A stretch of 49,389 nucleotides of DNA, counting the filler, from an uncultured Acidimicrobiales bacterium (GTDB lineage: Bacteria; Actinomycetota; Acidimicrobiia; Acidimicrobiales; UBA10347), in the NCBI GenBank assembly GCA_943788915.1. It is 3 parts of 3 records of this genome, joined end to end, with 100 filler letters (N's around TTAATTAATTAA, not from the genome) between each part and the next. Parts side by side here need not be neighbours in the genome. Positions count along the whole stretch, not along the records: positions 16,115 to 39,113 come from CALSSD010000030.1; positions 39,214 to 49,389 come from CALSSD010000032.1; 1 more part is not named here. The stretch is one strand, 5' to 3'. Position 1 is the stretch's first letter; the number at the start of each line of letters is the position of its first letter. A program made the translations under genes and the position numbers. A model generated the notes under the pieces. That model was not told the DNA's origin. It worked only from the letters and a program-made list of their open reading frames with translations, and searched no databases. Below, in pieces: positions 39,031-47,707 of this stretch.

Positions 39031-39086
39031 CCAAAAACTGTTGGCCAAGAGCTTCACTACCGACGTTTTCGACCAACAGTTTTTGG
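39031..39086. repeat. Third copy of the palindromic repeat, upstream of the DUF559 gene
   Basis: CCAAAAACTGTTGG-CCAAGAGCTTCACTACCGACGTTTTCGA-CCAACAGTTTTTGG has perfect 14-bp arms and shares the core TCACTACCGACGTTTTC with copy 2. Confidence 0.9.
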
Positions 39087-39113
39087 CGCTGGCGATGCGA
39101 GTGCGAAGTCGAA

Positions 39114-39213
39114 NNNNNNNNNNNNNNNNNNNNNNNNNNNNNNNNNNNNNNNNNNNNTTAATTAATTAANNNNNNNNNNNNNNNNNNNNNNNNNNNNNNN
39201 NNNNNNNNNNNNN
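39114..39213. other. Artificial contig linker (N44-TTAATTAATTAA-N44)
   Basis: Same design as 16015-16114. Confidence 0.98.
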
Positions 39214-39383
39214 AGGTCAGAGGTGACATGGCCCAACTCCGCACCGACCTCACCGGCGACATGGCCCAACTCCGAAGTGATGTTGTTGGCGAGGTTGCTG
39301 ATCTGAAAGTGTGGGTTCAGCGTTGGGTCAGTGGCGCAGCTGCGGTGAACCTCGTAGCGCTGATCACCGCGCTGGCGACCTGA
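39214..39383 (+). CDS. 3' fragment of a hendecad coiled-coil protein with a C-terminal membrane anchor (DUF1640-like architecture)
   Basis: Manual translation: VRGDMAQLRTDLTGDMAQLRSDVVGEVADLKVWVQRWVSGAAAVNLVALITALAT*. It has a 33-nt periodicity and is absent from the ORF track. Confidence 0.65.
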
Positions 39384-40758
39384 GCGTTCGAGTTCGCGCC
39401 GCGAGCTGGCCTCGACCCGGTGCTCCGAGAACATCAATTCCCTCAGGCGTAGCTCGGGCCACAATCTCACCCCGGCTGATCGTGAGTTCGGGCCAGCCGG
39501 TGACCTGCCAGCCGTCGTACGGCGAATAACCAGCATTCGAGTGCATGGAGGCACCGTCGATCGTGCGGGTGTCGTTCGGATTCCAGATCACGATGTCGGC
39601 ATCAGAACCAGGGGCGATCGTGCCCTTGCGGGGATACAGGCCGAAGAGCCGGGCAGCCGTTGTGCTCGTGACCTCGACAAATGTAGCGACCGAGATCTTG
39701 CCGGTGGCGACCCCCTCGCTCCACAACACCGGCATGAGTGTCTCGAGTTCGGCCATGCCATGGCGAAGATCGCTCGCTGTCAGCGTCGGGTCCAGCTTTT
39801 CGTCGAGCGTCCACGGCGCATGGTCTGTACACACTGTGCTGACGGTCCCATCGTTCAACCCGGCCCAGAGTGCGTCGCGATCTGCGTCGGTGCGAAGTGG
39901 TGGAGCGCCGGCGTATTTCGCTCCATCGGGTTCGTTGAAACGGGACTCGTTCAGATGCAGATAGATCGGCCGGGTCTCGACATGCACCGGCAGACCGCGT
40001 GCACGGGCCTTGCGGCAGGCGTCGAGCGCCGCTGCGCTGGATAGGTGAACGACATAAGTCGTAGCGCCGGTAGTTGCGCAATACCCAACGGCCCGTTCGG
40101 TCGCGATACGTTCGGCTTCGACCGGTCGCGACTTGGGGAAATGGCTGGCGTCGGTATGGCCAGCCTCGTCGAGTGCGTGCCCACAACAATGCATGATGGC
40201 TGGATCTTCGCAGTGCACCAGTACCACAGAGCCTGCGTCGGCAGCTGCCTGCATGGCCCGAAGAAAGCCGTCGAGGTGGCGATCGAACCGACGGAACGAC
40301 ATGAAGATCTTGATGCTCGGATTGCCGGCCGCAGCCAACTCTTCGATCTGGGCGATGCCCTCGTCGTCAGGATTGAGCAACACGGTGTGCTGGAAATAGT
40401 CGACGATGGCATTGGCTGCGGCATCAGCATTGTCTCGCAGCAGGCCAGCCTTCATCTGCTCACCCGGCTGGGGGAACGACATATTGCCGACCGTGGTGAC
40501 ACCACCAGCTGCAGCGGCGCGGGTACCGACTTCGAAGTCATCAACCCACCGCCAGCTGTCAGGTCCGGTACCAGGGGCGGTGAGATGCACATGGGCATCG
40601 ATACCACCAGGGAGCACATACCGATCAGTGGCATCGATCTCGGTAGTACCGGTCATTTCGCCACCAAGCTGCATGATCACCCCGTCACGAACGCCAACGT
40701 CGGTGACTGCCTCGATGCCGCTCGTTACGACAGTGCCATTACGAATTACAAGATCCAT
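39364..40758 (-). CDS. Dihydropyrimidinase / D-hydantoinase family cyclic amidohydrolase
   Basis: LPGGIDAHVH, AAAGGVTT, SIKIFM (carboxylated Lys), VHCED, YVVHLS, PPLR, TDHAP and KGTIAPGSDADIV. Confidence 0.88.
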   Translation of the reverse strand: MDLVIRNGTVVTSGIEAVTDVGVRDGVIMQLGGEMTGTTEIDATDRYVLPGGIDAHVHLTAPGTGPDSWRWVDDFEVGTRAAAAGGVTTVGNMSFPQPGEQMKAGLLRDNADAAANAIVDYFQHTVLLNPDDEGIAQIEELAAAGNPSIKIFMSFRRFDRHLDGFLRAMQAAADAGSVVLVHCEDPAIMHCCGHALDEAGHTDASHFPKSRPVEAERIATERAVGYCATTGATTYVVHLSSAAALDACRKARARGLPVHVETRPIYLHLNESRFNEPDGAKYAGAPPLRTDADRDALWAGLNDGTVSTVCTDHAPWTLDEKLDPTLTASDLRHGMAELETLMPVLWSEGVATGKISVATFVEVTSTTAARLFGLYPRKGTIAPGSDADIVIWNPNDTRTIDGASMHSNAGYSPYDGWQVTGWPELTISRGEIVARATPEGIDVLGAPGRGQLAARTRTLRSPAR

Positions 40759-40777
40759 GGATTGAAGAGGCACTGGA

Positions 40778-40930
40778 TCAGAGACCGCTCACGAAGTCGG
40801 TCAACGCCGCGATCGGGACATCGAACATGGTGTGGTCCATCAAAAAGTCGTGACTGAACAAGATGACGGGTCCGTCGCCACCGCTGTCTTCGTAGCGGAT
40901 CGGGGTGTCGTTCACAGTCACAGTTGCCAT
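40778..40930 (-). pseudogene. Internally deleted alpha/beta hydrolase remnant (50 aa)
   Basis: Manual translation MATVTVNDTPIRYEDSGGDGPVILFSHDFLMDHTMFDVPIAALTDFVSGL* is a hydrolase N-terminus joined directly to a typical C-terminal helix. Confidence 0.7.
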
Positions 40931-40984
40931 CACCAGACCCTAGTTCTCTAGGACTGCTCTATCCGAGCGTCGTAGTGTCATCGC

Positions 40985-42598
40985 ATGGGGACAAGCACTA
41001 TTCCGGGGTTCGATCCAGATCACGCATCGATACCGCAGCTCATTCGGGCGTCGACGACACACTTCGCAGATCGCAACGCCATTCGCGATGGTGATGTAAC
41101 GCTCACCTACCAAGAACTCGGTGAACGCGTTGACCAGGCGGCTCGATCGTTCATCGCATCAGGCATACAGGCCGGTGACACCGTGGCGGTGTGGGCGCCG
41201 AACTGCTGGCAGTGGGTCGTGGCCGGACTGGCAGTGTCGCGAGCCGGCGGTGTACTTGTGCCAATCAACACCCGATTCAAAGGCAACGAGGCCGCCTACG
41301 TTCTCAACGCCGCGTCAGTACAGATGTTGTTCGTCGCCGATGGTTTCCTAGACACCGACTACAGCGGCTCGTTGGCCACCGAACACCTTCCCATGTTGCA
41401 GGCCATTGTCGATCTGACGAGCGGTGGGGCTCCAGGAACCATCAACTTCGCCGATTTCCTGGCCCGAGGTGACGGCCCAGAATCCGCCGACTACCAGGCC
41501 GAGGTCGAACGTCGCACCGATGCGTTTGCGCCAACCGATGTCGGCTCCATCATGTTCACCTCGGGGACTACGGGACATCCCAAAGGTGTGCAGATCATCG
41601 GCGGCGCGATCATCCGGGTGTTCCATCCCTACGGCCAGGGACTCGGCGTGCAACCTGGCGATCCCTACCTGCTGGTTAATCCGTACTTCCACGCCTTCGG
41701 CTACAACTCGGGCATCATCGTGTGCCTGATGTTCGGCGCGCTCAACCTGCCGGTCGCGATCTATGACCCTGCCCAAGTGTTGGCCACGATCCAGCGCGAA
41801 CGTGTCGCCGTGTTCCCCGGTCCGCCCGCACTGTTTCAAGGTTTGCTCAACCACCCCGAGCTCGATCAGTTCGATATCTCATCATTGCGTTCATGTGTGA
41901 CTGGCGCCGCTTCGATCCCAGTCGAGATGATCATCGAGATGCGCGACCGTCTCGGCTTCGACACCATCATGACCGCCTATGGCATGACCGAAACCTCGGG
42001 CCTGGCTGCCTATACGCGACCAGGCGACTCACCAGAAACTATTGCGACTACATCGGGCTGTGCCCCTGCAGGCGTCGAGCTTCGGGTGGTCGACCCAACC
42101 GGCGCCGATGTCGAAACCGGAACCGAAGGCGAGTTGTGGGTCCGAGGCTTCCAGGTCACACCTGGATATCTCGATGCGCCCGAGCAGACGGCCGAAGCGA
42201 TTGATGCCGATGGTTGGCTCCACACCGGTGACATCGCGGTGATGGATGAGCACGGATACATCGACATCACCGACCGGATGAAGGACATGTTCATCATGGG
42301 TGGCTTCAATGCTTATCCGGCTGAGATCGAACGTGTCTTGGTCGAACACCCGCTCGTGGGTCTCGCCGCAGTTATCGGCGTGCCTGATGAACGAATGGGA
42401 GAAGTCGGTGCCGCCTTCATCGTGCCCAGCCCCCAAGGTGCACCCGATGTTGAAGAACTCATCGCGTGGTGCCGCGAATGTATGGCCAACTACAAGGTGC
42501 CTCGCCATGTGTTCATTGTCGACGAACTTCCGTTGACCGCGTCGAACAAGGTCCGCAAACCCGAACTGCGAGTCCTGGTTGCTGATCTGCTGGGTTAG
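40985..42598 (+). CDS. Acyl-CoA synthetase, FadD3-like
   Basis: FTSGTTGHPKG, NPYFHAFGY, TAYGMTE, WLHTGD, DRMKDMFIMGGFNAYPAEIE and MANYKVP. Confidence 0.9.
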   Translation: MGTSTIPGFDPDHASIPQLIRASTTHFADRNAIRDGDVTLTYQELGERVDQAARSFIASGIQAGDTVAVWAPNCWQWVVAGLAVSRAGGVLVPINTRFKGNEAAYVLNAASVQMLFVADGFLDTDYSGSLATEHLPMLQAIVDLTSGGAPGTINFADFLARGDGPESADYQAEVERRTDAFAPTDVGSIMFTSGTTGHPKGVQIIGGAIIRVFHPYGQGLGVQPGDPYLLVNPYFHAFGYNSGIIVCLMFGALNLPVAIYDPAQVLATIQRERVAVFPGPPALFQGLLNHPELDQFDISSLRSCVTGAASIPVEMIIEMRDRLGFDTIMTAYGMTETSGLAAYTRPGDSPETIATTSGCAPAGVELRVVDPTGADVETGTEGELWVRGFQVTPGYLDAPEQTAEAIDADGWLHTGDIAVMDEHGYIDITDRMKDMFIMGGFNAYPAEIERVLVEHPLVGLAAVIGVPDERMGEVGAAFIVPSPQGAPDVEELIAWCRECMANYKVPRHVFIVDELPLTASNKVRKPELRVLVADLLG

Positions 42599-43044
42599 CG
42601 GTCGAGGGTGAGTTCGAAACGTTCGCCGCTCCAACCATTGATCTGATCGCGGCCTTCGACAAACACGGTGGTGACATCACTCGGGATGTCAACGGTGTGT
42701 GACCGGGTGAATGGCTGCTCGCCGGCATGATCGTGGGCCAGGACCCGGATACCGAGTTCGTTGTCGTTGGCGTCGAGCACCCGCCACGAATCGGCATAAC
42801 GAGCAGGCGAATCGTATTCGCTTAACAGGGTCACGTTGACGAGCCATGACGAGCCACCGCTGGTCGTTGCAGTGGCATCGACCACAGTGGGGAACAGGCC
42901 GTCGTTTTCGGCCTCGCGTAGATTCTCTGCGGTGACTGCCGGCCCGGCGTTCGCCGGCCCCGAGACAGTTGGGTCGTCGGTACAGCCGGCTATCACCAGT
43001 ATCGGGGCAAGGATCGTGACCAATCCAACAACGATGCGACGCAT
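42595..43044 (-). CDS. Hypothetical lipoprotein
   Basis: Lipobox VIAGC, then a compact domain containing YADSWRV, LGIRVLAHDHAGEQPFTRS and EGRDQINGW. Confidence 0.75.
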   Translation of the reverse strand: MRRIVVGLVTILAPILVIAGCTDDPTVSGPANAGPAVTAENLREAENDGLFPTVVDATATTSGGSSWLVNVTLLSEYDSPARYADSWRVLDANDNELGIRVLAHDHAGEQPFTRSHTVDIPSDVTTVFVEGRDQINGWSGERFELTLDR

Positions 43045-43114
43045 GTTCGGAACCGTACTGGTTACGGTTCCGCTGATGTCCGCACCTGCCTCCAGTCGAT
43101 TTGCCGCCGATGGC

Positions 43115-43981
43115 ATGAACCAAGGCAACTTCAACCGGGTCGACTGGGCACTTCTGCTGACCATTTCGCTGATCTGGGGATCATCTTTTCTCTGGATCGC
43201 CATAGGGCTCGATTCGTTCCATCCAGCAGTCATCGCCCTCTTCCGTATGGTGTTCGGCGCTGGCCTTCTTGCGTTCGTGCCATCGGCTCGCCAATCCATG
43301 CCTCGGTCGACCTGGCCAGCCATGATGGTTGTGGCGGTTGCCGGGAACACCGCTCCCGCACTTTTCTTCCCACTGGCTCAGCAACGAGTCGAATCCTCGG
43401 TCGCTGGCATGCTCAATTCTGTTGGTCCGATTCTGGTGCTATTTCTATCGATCGCCATGTTGCGCCGAGCACCGGAACGCAACCAGATCATCGGGCTGAT
43501 CATCGGCCTGTGTGGCGCGATAACCATCGCGGGGGCCAACCTGGCTGGGACCGACGCCGAACCACTCGGTGTCTTCTTCGTGTTCTGCGCGGTCGCCGGC
43601 TATTCGATCTCGAACAACTTCTTACCCCCACTCGCCCAGGCATACGGCGGCGCTGCGGTGATGGGCCGAGCCATGGTGATCAGCTCAGTCTTGCTCGCTC
43701 CATGGGGGTTATGGGGCCTGTCCCAATCAAGGTTCGAATGGAAACCGGCCCTCGCCATCGTGATCCTGGGTGTCTTTTGCACGGGTATCGCACGCTCCCT
43801 CTTCGCCACACTCAATGGTCGGGTCGGCGCACCCCGCAGCTCGCTCGTCGGATACCTCGTGCCGGTTACGGCGATCGTGCTTGGAGTCATCGTCCGCAAC
43901 GAATCCGTTGGTGCAATTGAACTCGTCGGAACTGCACTCATCCTGTGTGGTGCCGCATTGATCAGCCGAGGCTCTCGCTAG
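43115..43981 (+). CDS. DMT/EamA family transporter
   Basis: LIWGSSFLWI, SSVAGMLNS and SLVGYLVPV.AIVLG...NE, with about 10 TM segments. An alternative start lies at 43076. Confidence 0.9.
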   Translation: MNQGNFNRVDWALLLTISLIWGSSFLWIAIGLDSFHPAVIALFRMVFGAGLLAFVPSARQSMPRSTWPAMMVVAVAGNTAPALFFPLAQQRVESSVAGMLNSVGPILVLFLSIAMLRRAPERNQIIGLIIGLCGAITIAGANLAGTDAEPLGVFFVFCAVAGYSISNNFLPPLAQAYGGAAVMGRAMVISSVLLAPWGLWGLSQSRFEWKPALAIVILGVFCTGIARSLFATLNGRVGAPRSSLVGYLVPVTAIVLGVIVRNESVGAIELVGTALILCGAALISRGSR

Positions 43982-44016
43982 ACCCTCACCCCCACGTCGG
44001 TGACTAAGGTCGACCC

Positions 44017-44502
44017 ATGGGACAGATCGAGGATCGCATCACTGCAATGGGATTGGCATTGCCTCCCCCGGTTGTTGTGCCGCCCGACGTGCAACTGCCG
44101 TTCTCGTTTGTGAACGTCTGCGGCAACCGGGCCATTGTCTCAGGCCATGGCCCTCAAGGGCCCGACGGCACTGTCACCGGGCCATTTGGCATCGTAGGCC
44201 ACGACGTCTCTGTTGATCAGGGGTACGAGTCCGCCCGGCTTGTCGCCCTATCCATGCTGGGGTCGTTGCATCGTGAACTAGGCACACTCGACAGAATTAG
44301 CCACTGGGTCAAGGCCTTGGGCATGGTGCGATGCGGGTCTGACTTCACCCAACAACCAGCGGTGATCAACGGCTTCAGCGACCTGATCTTGGAGCTGTTC
44401 GGTCCTGATGTAGGCCGGCATTCCCGATCTGCGGTCGGCATGACATCGTTGCCGTTTGGAATACCTGTCGAGATCGAAGCCGAAGTCCTACTCCATAGCT
44501 GA
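44017..44502 (+). CDS. RidA/YjgF family protein
   Basis: VSGHGP, LGTLDRI..WVK.LGMV, VINGFSDL and H.RSAVG..SLP..IPVEIE. Confidence 0.9.
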   Translation: MGQIEDRITAMGLALPPPVVVPPDVQLPFSFVNVCGNRAIVSGHGPQGPDGTVTGPFGIVGHDVSVDQGYESARLVALSMLGSLHRELGTLDRISHWVKALGMVRCGSDFTQQPAVINGFSDLILELFGPDVGRHSRSAVGMTSLPFGIPVEIEAEVLLHS

Positions 44503-44539
44503 CCCCATACAAACGGAGGAAAGGCAAGCGGCCACAACA

Positions 44540-44980
44540 ATGCCGATTGTTTGCCATCACCGTGATCAACGCGTTCACCATGATCGCCACACCTGACTTC
44601 GACGGCTCCAGAACATTCATCTCAACCGAAGTTGACCATCAGTCACCGGTGGCGTTCGCAGCCAACGGTTTCGTGCCGTGCTGGCTCAGGTAAGTGCGGT
44701 CGCTGTGGGTGGCGCCGTCTTCGGAGTCGGCATAGGCGCCGTGGTCCGCAATGTCGGGGGTGCCGTGACCAGTGTGGTCCTGATGCTAATCGTCGCCCCG
44801 CCGCTCATCGTGCAACTGGCCAACAGCACCGCATCGTGGATGCCGAACAGCCTCGCCCTGGTTCTAGCCGGAGTCACAACCGACGTCAGTGGCCCAGCTG
44901 CTGTTGCGGCCCTCAGCGCGTGGGCCTTGGTCCCCACCGGCGTCGGTCTGGTTGCGGTCCAACGCCGCGACGTCATGTAA
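44540..44980 (+). pseudogene. Remnant of an ABC-2-type transporter permease (C-terminal half)
   Basis: FGVGIGAVVRN.GGAV...WMP...AWALV....AVQRRDV*. Upstream sequence is fragmentary and no ATPase gene is adjacent. The 5' boundary is approximate. Confidence 0.6.
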
Positions 44981-44998
44981 CTCAGAACGGCAGCGCTT

Positions 44999-45985
44999 CT
45001 AATCCAGTTCTGCTGGCGCGCCGCTATCGAGGTACAGCCGGACGAATGCTGACGTACTGATCAGCCCGCTCGCCGCCTGGATGACGCTGCTGATCACGAG
45101 TGCCAATACGAATTCACCAGAGGAGGGCAACAGGTCGACAACCTTGAAATCCTGAACCAAGAAATCATCGTTCTGGATTTCGAAGTTCAAAGCAACCGCG
45201 TTTGGATCAACGAACGAGGCCAGCCCACCAAGCGTGGCGGTCACCACGTTGACCGAAAGGCCAAGCGCCAGGGTGAAGAGGAAGATCCGGCCAAAAACTG
45301 ACCAAAAACGCCCCCCGGACACCTCGGCCGATGCCCGAATTGCCGACACATTTGTTGGAGCTATCGCCACCGCGTTGAACACAAACGCCAGCTTGGTCGC
45401 GGCCCAGATCACTACCGGAATCACCGCCACGATGAGAAACACCCCAACCGGCGCAACCGCGACCGTGACCACAGCAATCACCATGATTGCCACGAACCCG
45501 GCAAGGATCAACATCACCATCACACCCAGAAACCGGGGCAGCCGGCGCAGAGCATGGCTGAACGCATCCCCGACAGTTGGGTTCGCCTGGTAATGCGCCC
45601 GATGCAGGAATCGGCTCATCGCCAGCCATCCAATACCTTGCATCACGATGCCTGCAACGATCAACACAATGATGATCACCGCCGTGCCAGCCGTGAAATT
45701 GACCAGCTCTTCGTTCACGATCGCTATGTCGCGAGCGGCAAACAACACACCGCCCCAGATCACCAGGCTGCCAACGAGCTGCACGATGAGCGCTACGGCT
45801 GCGGCTCCCTGCCAATAGTTGCCAAAGACAGAAAAAGTGCTGCTCAACCAGCTGCCGATGTCGGGCAGCTTTCCTGGCTCGTGGAAGTGGTTGGTCCACA
45901 TCTCGCCATCGAAATATCGCATACGATCCGGCGAATGCGGGTCGTTGTACCAGCCCGCCGGCGCCTGAGCTGAACCATCAGTCAC
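44999..45985 (-). CDS. DUF2510-domain membrane protein
   Basis: N-terminal APAGWYNDP....RYFDGEMWT followed by about six TM helices. Confidence 0.82.
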   Translation of the reverse strand: MTDGSAQAPAGWYNDPHSPDRMRYFDGEMWTNHFHEPGKLPDIGSWLSSTFSVFGNYWQGAAAVALIVQLVGSLVIWGGVLFAARDIAIVNEELVNFTAGTAVIIIVLIVAGIVMQGIGWLAMSRFLHRAHYQANPTVGDAFSHALRRLPRFLGVMVMLILAGFVAIMVIAVVTVAVAPVGVFLIVAVIPVVIWAATKLAFVFNAVAIAPTNVSAIRASAEVSGGRFWSVFGRIFLFTLALGLSVNVVTATLGGLASFVDPNAVALNFEIQNDDFLVQDFKVVDLLPSSGEFVLALVISSVIQAASGLISTSAFVRLYLDSGAPAELD

Positions 45986-46029
45986 CCGGCAAACATAGCG
46001 GCGCGGATGCGTGCTGATAGAAACAAATA

Positions 46030-47661
46030 ATGACTGCTGCCTCTCGTAAAACAGGAACGAACCCGCTCGGCCTGCACTTCACCAACCGCTTCACTCACGA
46101 TCTTCCTGCCGACGACCACGTTGACAATGTCCGACGTCAGGTCAATGGCGCATGTTTCAGCCGGGTCACGCCCACCGCAGCATCGGCACCCGAATTGGTG
46201 GTGTATTCACCCGAAGTCGCCGAGATGCTCGACATCAGCGATGAACAAGCCCAGTCCCATGAGTTTGCGCAGCTCTTCACCGGCAATCTGATCACTGCCG
46301 ATATGGATCCCTACGCCATGTGTTTCGGCGGCCATCAGTTTGGGAACTGGGCCGGCCAGCTCGGCGACGGTCGAGCGATTGCTCTCGGCGAAGTCCTCAC
46401 CCCAGACGACGGCCATCAGACGTTGCAGCTCAAAGGTGCCGGTCCCACGCCCTACTCCCGGCGGGGTGACGGCTACGCAGTTATGCGATCTTCGGTTCGC
46501 GAATTTCTCTGCAGCGAGGCAATGTTCCATCTCGGGGTTCCCACCACTCGAGCACTCAGTCTCACGTTGACCGGTGATCCAATCATGCGCGACATGTTCT
46601 ATGACGGTAATCCCGCCCCTGAACTCGGGGCCGTGGTGTGTCGGGTCAGCCCGTCGTTTGTCCGTTTCGGTAACTTCGAACTCTTCCCAACCCGTGGTGA
46701 ATTCGACGAGTTACGTCGACTGGTCGACTGGACAATACGCACCGACTTCCCTGACCTTGCCGAGGGCAACGGTGAACAGCCACTCGATGTGATCACCGAC
46801 TGGTTTGCCGAGGTCGTGCGATTGACCGCCGAGATGATCGTCGACTGGATGCGGATCGGTTTCGTCCACGGGGTGATGAACACCGACAACATGTCGATCC
46901 TTGGCCTCACCATTGATTACGGCCCGTACGGCTGGCTCGAGGGTTTTGATCCTGACTGGACTCCGAACACGACCGATGCCCAGGGTCGTCGCTATCGGTA
47001 CGGCAACCAGCCATCGGCCGCGCACTGGAATCTCGTGCAACTGGCGAACGCAATCGCTCCGCTGCACGGCGACAACGTCCAACCACTCGAAGAAGTACTG
47101 GACACCTACGCCGTCGAATTCGGCGATGGCTGGAACGCGATGATGGCCGAACGTCTCGGTTTTATTGGTTTCGCTGGCGACGACGACAATGCCCTCTTCG
47201 GTGAGCTTGGTCGTGTGCTTCAGATCATGGAAACCGACATGACCATCTTCCATCGCAACTTGGCCCAAGTAGATGTGGAAAACGCGGAAGATCTGAGCGA
47301 TTACGACCTCGTGCAACCAATAGCCGACGCGTGGTACAGCGAACCCACCGAACGAGCAATCGAGGAAATGGGCGAGTGGCTCCGAGCCTGGGCCGACCGC
47401 TGTGATGTCGATGCTCGTTCAGCCGAAGAACGCAAGCTGGCCATGGATGCCGTCAATCCCAAATACGTACTGCGCAACTGGATGGCCCAACTCGCCATCG
47501 ACCAGGTCGACCATGGAGACTTCTCCGGCGTGGCCAAGCTGCTCGATCTACTTCGGTATCCCTACGATGAACAGCCAGAACACCACGCCGAGTTCTTCAC
47601 CAAGCGGCCGGAATGGGCGCGGGAACGGGCAGGCTGTTCCATGTTGTCCTGTAGCTCCTAG
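46030..47661 (+). CDS. selO: Protein adenylyltransferase SelO (YdiU)
   Basis: GHQFGNWAGQLGDGRA, QLKGAGPTPYSR.GDG, GVPTTRAL, GFVHGVMNTDN, NPKYVLRN and C-terminal GCSMLSCSS. Confidence 0.96.
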   Translation: MTAASRKTGTNPLGLHFTNRFTHDLPADDHVDNVRRQVNGACFSRVTPTAASAPELVVYSPEVAEMLDISDEQAQSHEFAQLFTGNLITADMDPYAMCFGGHQFGNWAGQLGDGRAIALGEVLTPDDGHQTLQLKGAGPTPYSRRGDGYAVMRSSVREFLCSEAMFHLGVPTTRALSLTLTGDPIMRDMFYDGNPAPELGAVVCRVSPSFVRFGNFELFPTRGEFDELRRLVDWTIRTDFPDLAEGNGEQPLDVITDWFAEVVRLTAEMIVDWMRIGFVHGVMNTDNMSILGLTIDYGPYGWLEGFDPDWTPNTTDAQGRRYRYGNQPSAAHWNLVQLANAIAPLHGDNVQPLEEVLDTYAVEFGDGWNAMMAERLGFIGFAGDDDNALFGELGRVLQIMETDMTIFHRNLAQVDVENAEDLSDYDLVQPIADAWYSEPTERAIEEMGEWLRAWADRCDVDARSAEERKLAMDAVNPKYVLRNWMAQLAIDQVDHGDFSGVAKLLDLLRYPYDEQPEHHAEFFTKRPEWARERAGCSMLSCSS

Positions 47662-47707
47662 CTCTACTGCAGTACCAACTGGGCGATCAACCGAAGAGAC
47701 CAAGCGC

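Noticed and set aside
40985..42598. Assigning fadD3 and steroid ring degradation
   Set aside because: The motifs are FadD3-like, but no other steroid catabolic genes are nearby, so the substrate cannot be inferred.
47630..47661. Selenocysteine at the SelO C-terminus
   Set aside because: The gene ends TGT AGC TCC TAG with no in-frame TGA, so it is a Cys-type homologue.
47402..47707. 102-aa N-terminal extension of RF3
   Set aside because: It overlaps selO in another frame; the RF3 motifs begin just after ATG 47708.
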